NCBI GenBank assembly: GCA_963829105.1
Contig: CAWHHF010000022.1
Span: 721,685 to 785,684 of the forward strand
Direction: 5' to 3'
DNA length: 64,000 nt
DNA from: an uncultured Chloroflexia bacterium
GTDB lineage: Bacteria; Chloroflexota; Limnocylindria; Limnocylindrales; CSP1-4
The notes beneath the pieces are model-generated. The model was not told the DNA's origin. It saw only the letters and a program-made list of their open reading frames with translations, and searched no databases. How positions within the stretch are numbered: the first letter of the stretch is position 1; each line of letters begins with the position of its first letter. The position numbers were made by a program, and so were the translations under genes. This document shows, piece by piece, positions 62,679-64,000 of this stretch.

Positions 62679-64000
62679 TCACATCCTGTGGAACGAGGGC
62701 GCCAGCGCCGGGTACAGCTCCCGGTAGATGGTGTGGCCGAACGCGTACCGGGCGGTGTCGGGTCCCGGCGCCGCCACCGGGGTCGCCGTCACGAGCGCCG
62801 CCGCGGCCGCCTCCACCGTGGCGAACCAGCCCGCCCCCACCGCGGCGAGCAGCCCGGCACCGTAGGCTGCGCCCTCCGTCGTGTTGACGGTCGCGATCTC
62901 GGCATCGAGCACGTCGGCAAGGATCTGCCGCCACAGCGGGCTGGCGGTGCCGCCGCCGGAGGCGCGGATCTGGCCGGGAGCCGGCATGCCGGCGGCGACC
63001 ATGGCGTCCAGGCCGTCCCGGAGCCCGTAGGCCACGCCCTCGAGCACGGCCCGCGTCAGGTGGCGGCGGTCATGGGCCAGGGTCAGGCCGACGAACGCCC
63101 CCCTCGCGAGCGGATCGGGATACGGGCTGCGCTCGCCGCTGAGGTACGGCAGGAACGATAGTCCGCCGCTTCCTGCCGGAACGTCCGCGGCTCCGGCCAC
63201 GAGGTCGTCGAACGAGACACCGGGCGCGATCGCGTCCCGGAACCACCGCAGGCTCCCGGCCGCCGAGAGCATCACGGACATGAAGTGCCAGCGGTCCGGC
63301 ACCGCGTGACAGAACGCGTGGACACGCCCTTCCGGTTCGTAGAGCGGGGCGTCCGTGGTGGCGAAGACAACCCCCGACGTCCCCAGCGACAGCGCCATCC
63401 GGCCCGGCACCACCGCGCCGACACCCACCGCGTTCGCGGCCTGGTCACCTCCCCCCGCCACGACCGGGGTGCCCGGACGCAGGCCCGTGGCCGCCGCCGC
63501 GCTGGCGGAGACGGCGCCCGTGACCTCGGGGCCCTCGAACGTCCGCGGGAGCCACTCGCGCGGGATCTCCAGCGCCTCGAGCACGACGTCCGACCAGGTG
63601 CGTGCCGCCAGGTCGAACAGCAGGGTGCCCGCCCCGTCGGCCTTGTCGAGGGCATGCTCGCCGGTCAGCTGCAGCCGGACGTAGTCCTTGGGGAGCAGCA
63701 CGTGCGCAGCCCGGGCCCAGGCGTCCGGCTCGTGGTCGCGGACCCAGACGAGCTTGGGGGCGGTGAACCCCGTGAGGGCGTCGTTGCCCGTGATGCGGAT
63801 CAGCCGCTCCGGACCGAGAGCCTGCCGGATGAGGTCGCACTCGGCGCCGGTCCGCTGGTCGTTCCAGAGGATCGCGGGTCGGACGACCAGGTCCGACGCG
63901 TCCAGCAGCACGAGACCGTGCATCTGCCCCGTGAGGCCGACGGCCGCGATCGCCGACGGGTCGATCCCGGTCGCGGCGAGGACCTGCCGGATCGCCGCAG
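62679..64000 (-). CDS. xylB: Xylulokinase (FGGY family), N-terminus beyond the window edge
   Basis: GQMHGLVLLD..RPAILWNDQR..TGFTAPKLVWVRDHEP..GGGDQAANAVG..ASGGGTASPLWRQILADV. The frame stays open through 64000. Confidence 0.9.
   Translation of the reverse strand, partial: AAIRQVLAATGIDPSAIAAVGLTGQMHGLVLLDASDLVVRPAILWNDQRTGAECDLIRQALGPERLIRITGNDALTGFTAPKLVWVRDHEPDAWARAAHVLLPKDYVRLQLTGEHALDKADGAGTLLFDLAARTWSDVVLEALEIPREWLPRTFEGPEVTGAVSASAAAATGLRPGTPVVAGGGDQAANAVGVGAVVPGRMALSLGTSGVVFATTDAPLYEPEGRVHAFCHAVPDRWHFMSVMLSAAGSLRWFRDAIAPGVSFDDLVAGAADVPAGSGGLSFLPYLSGERSPYPDPLARGAFVGLTLAHDRRHLTRAVLEGVAYGLRDGLDAMVAAGMPAPGQIRASGGGTASPLWRQILADVLDAEIATVNTTEGAAYGAGLLAAVGAGWFATVEAAAAALVTATPVAAPGPDTARYAFGHTIYRELYPALAPSFHRM

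Overview
A 64-kb chromosomal segment from a visibly very GC-rich bacterium. GC was not computed. GTG/TTG starts, frequent 4-nt start/stop overlaps and the gene content suggest an Actinomycetota- or Chloroflexota-like organism. About 55 protein genes can be supported. All calls rest on motif recognition by eye plus RBS and third-position-GC checks; no database was searched. I found no rRNA, tRNA, CRISPR array, transposase or phage gene. Many of the longest ORFs in the track are antisense high-GC artefacts.

Gene content in order:
- a degraded vapBC-like remnant
- two paralogous secreted proteins with a clostripain-like His/Cys domain (1457-2716 and 29441-32287)
- ApbE
- a Vps62-like membrane protein pair
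- rocD
- the AmmeMemoRadiSam trio
- VanW and DUF2252 genes
- a divergent LuxR-type two-component pair
- an ABC exporter, a GH18 lipoprotein and a CDF transporter
- an ECF transporter (S-A1-A2-T)
- a methyltransferase and an MFS transporter
- a tightly packed minus-strand array: asd, UDG, rnj, ftsK, rodZ-like, cinA, mpl-like, SnoaL, yajQ, micro-ORF, TPP enzyme
- rpsO-pnp
- M24-like, CRTAC1-like and haloperoxidase-like genes
- a xylose cluster: ROK regulator, xylFH plus ATPase, xylB

The most unusual observation is that the pnp gene encodes a PNPase with a complete DEDDh (DnaQ/RNase T-like) exonuclease domain inserted in its helical linker domain.

Other points worth a second look:
- the clostripain-like paralogue pair
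- an acidic PEPEA-repeat N-terminus, with a frameshift, on an acetolactate-synthase-like enzyme
- a triplicated 36-bp stop/start junction between the two ECF ATPase genes
- a 575-bp gene-free structured region
- a xylO-like operator
- two single-base frameshifts
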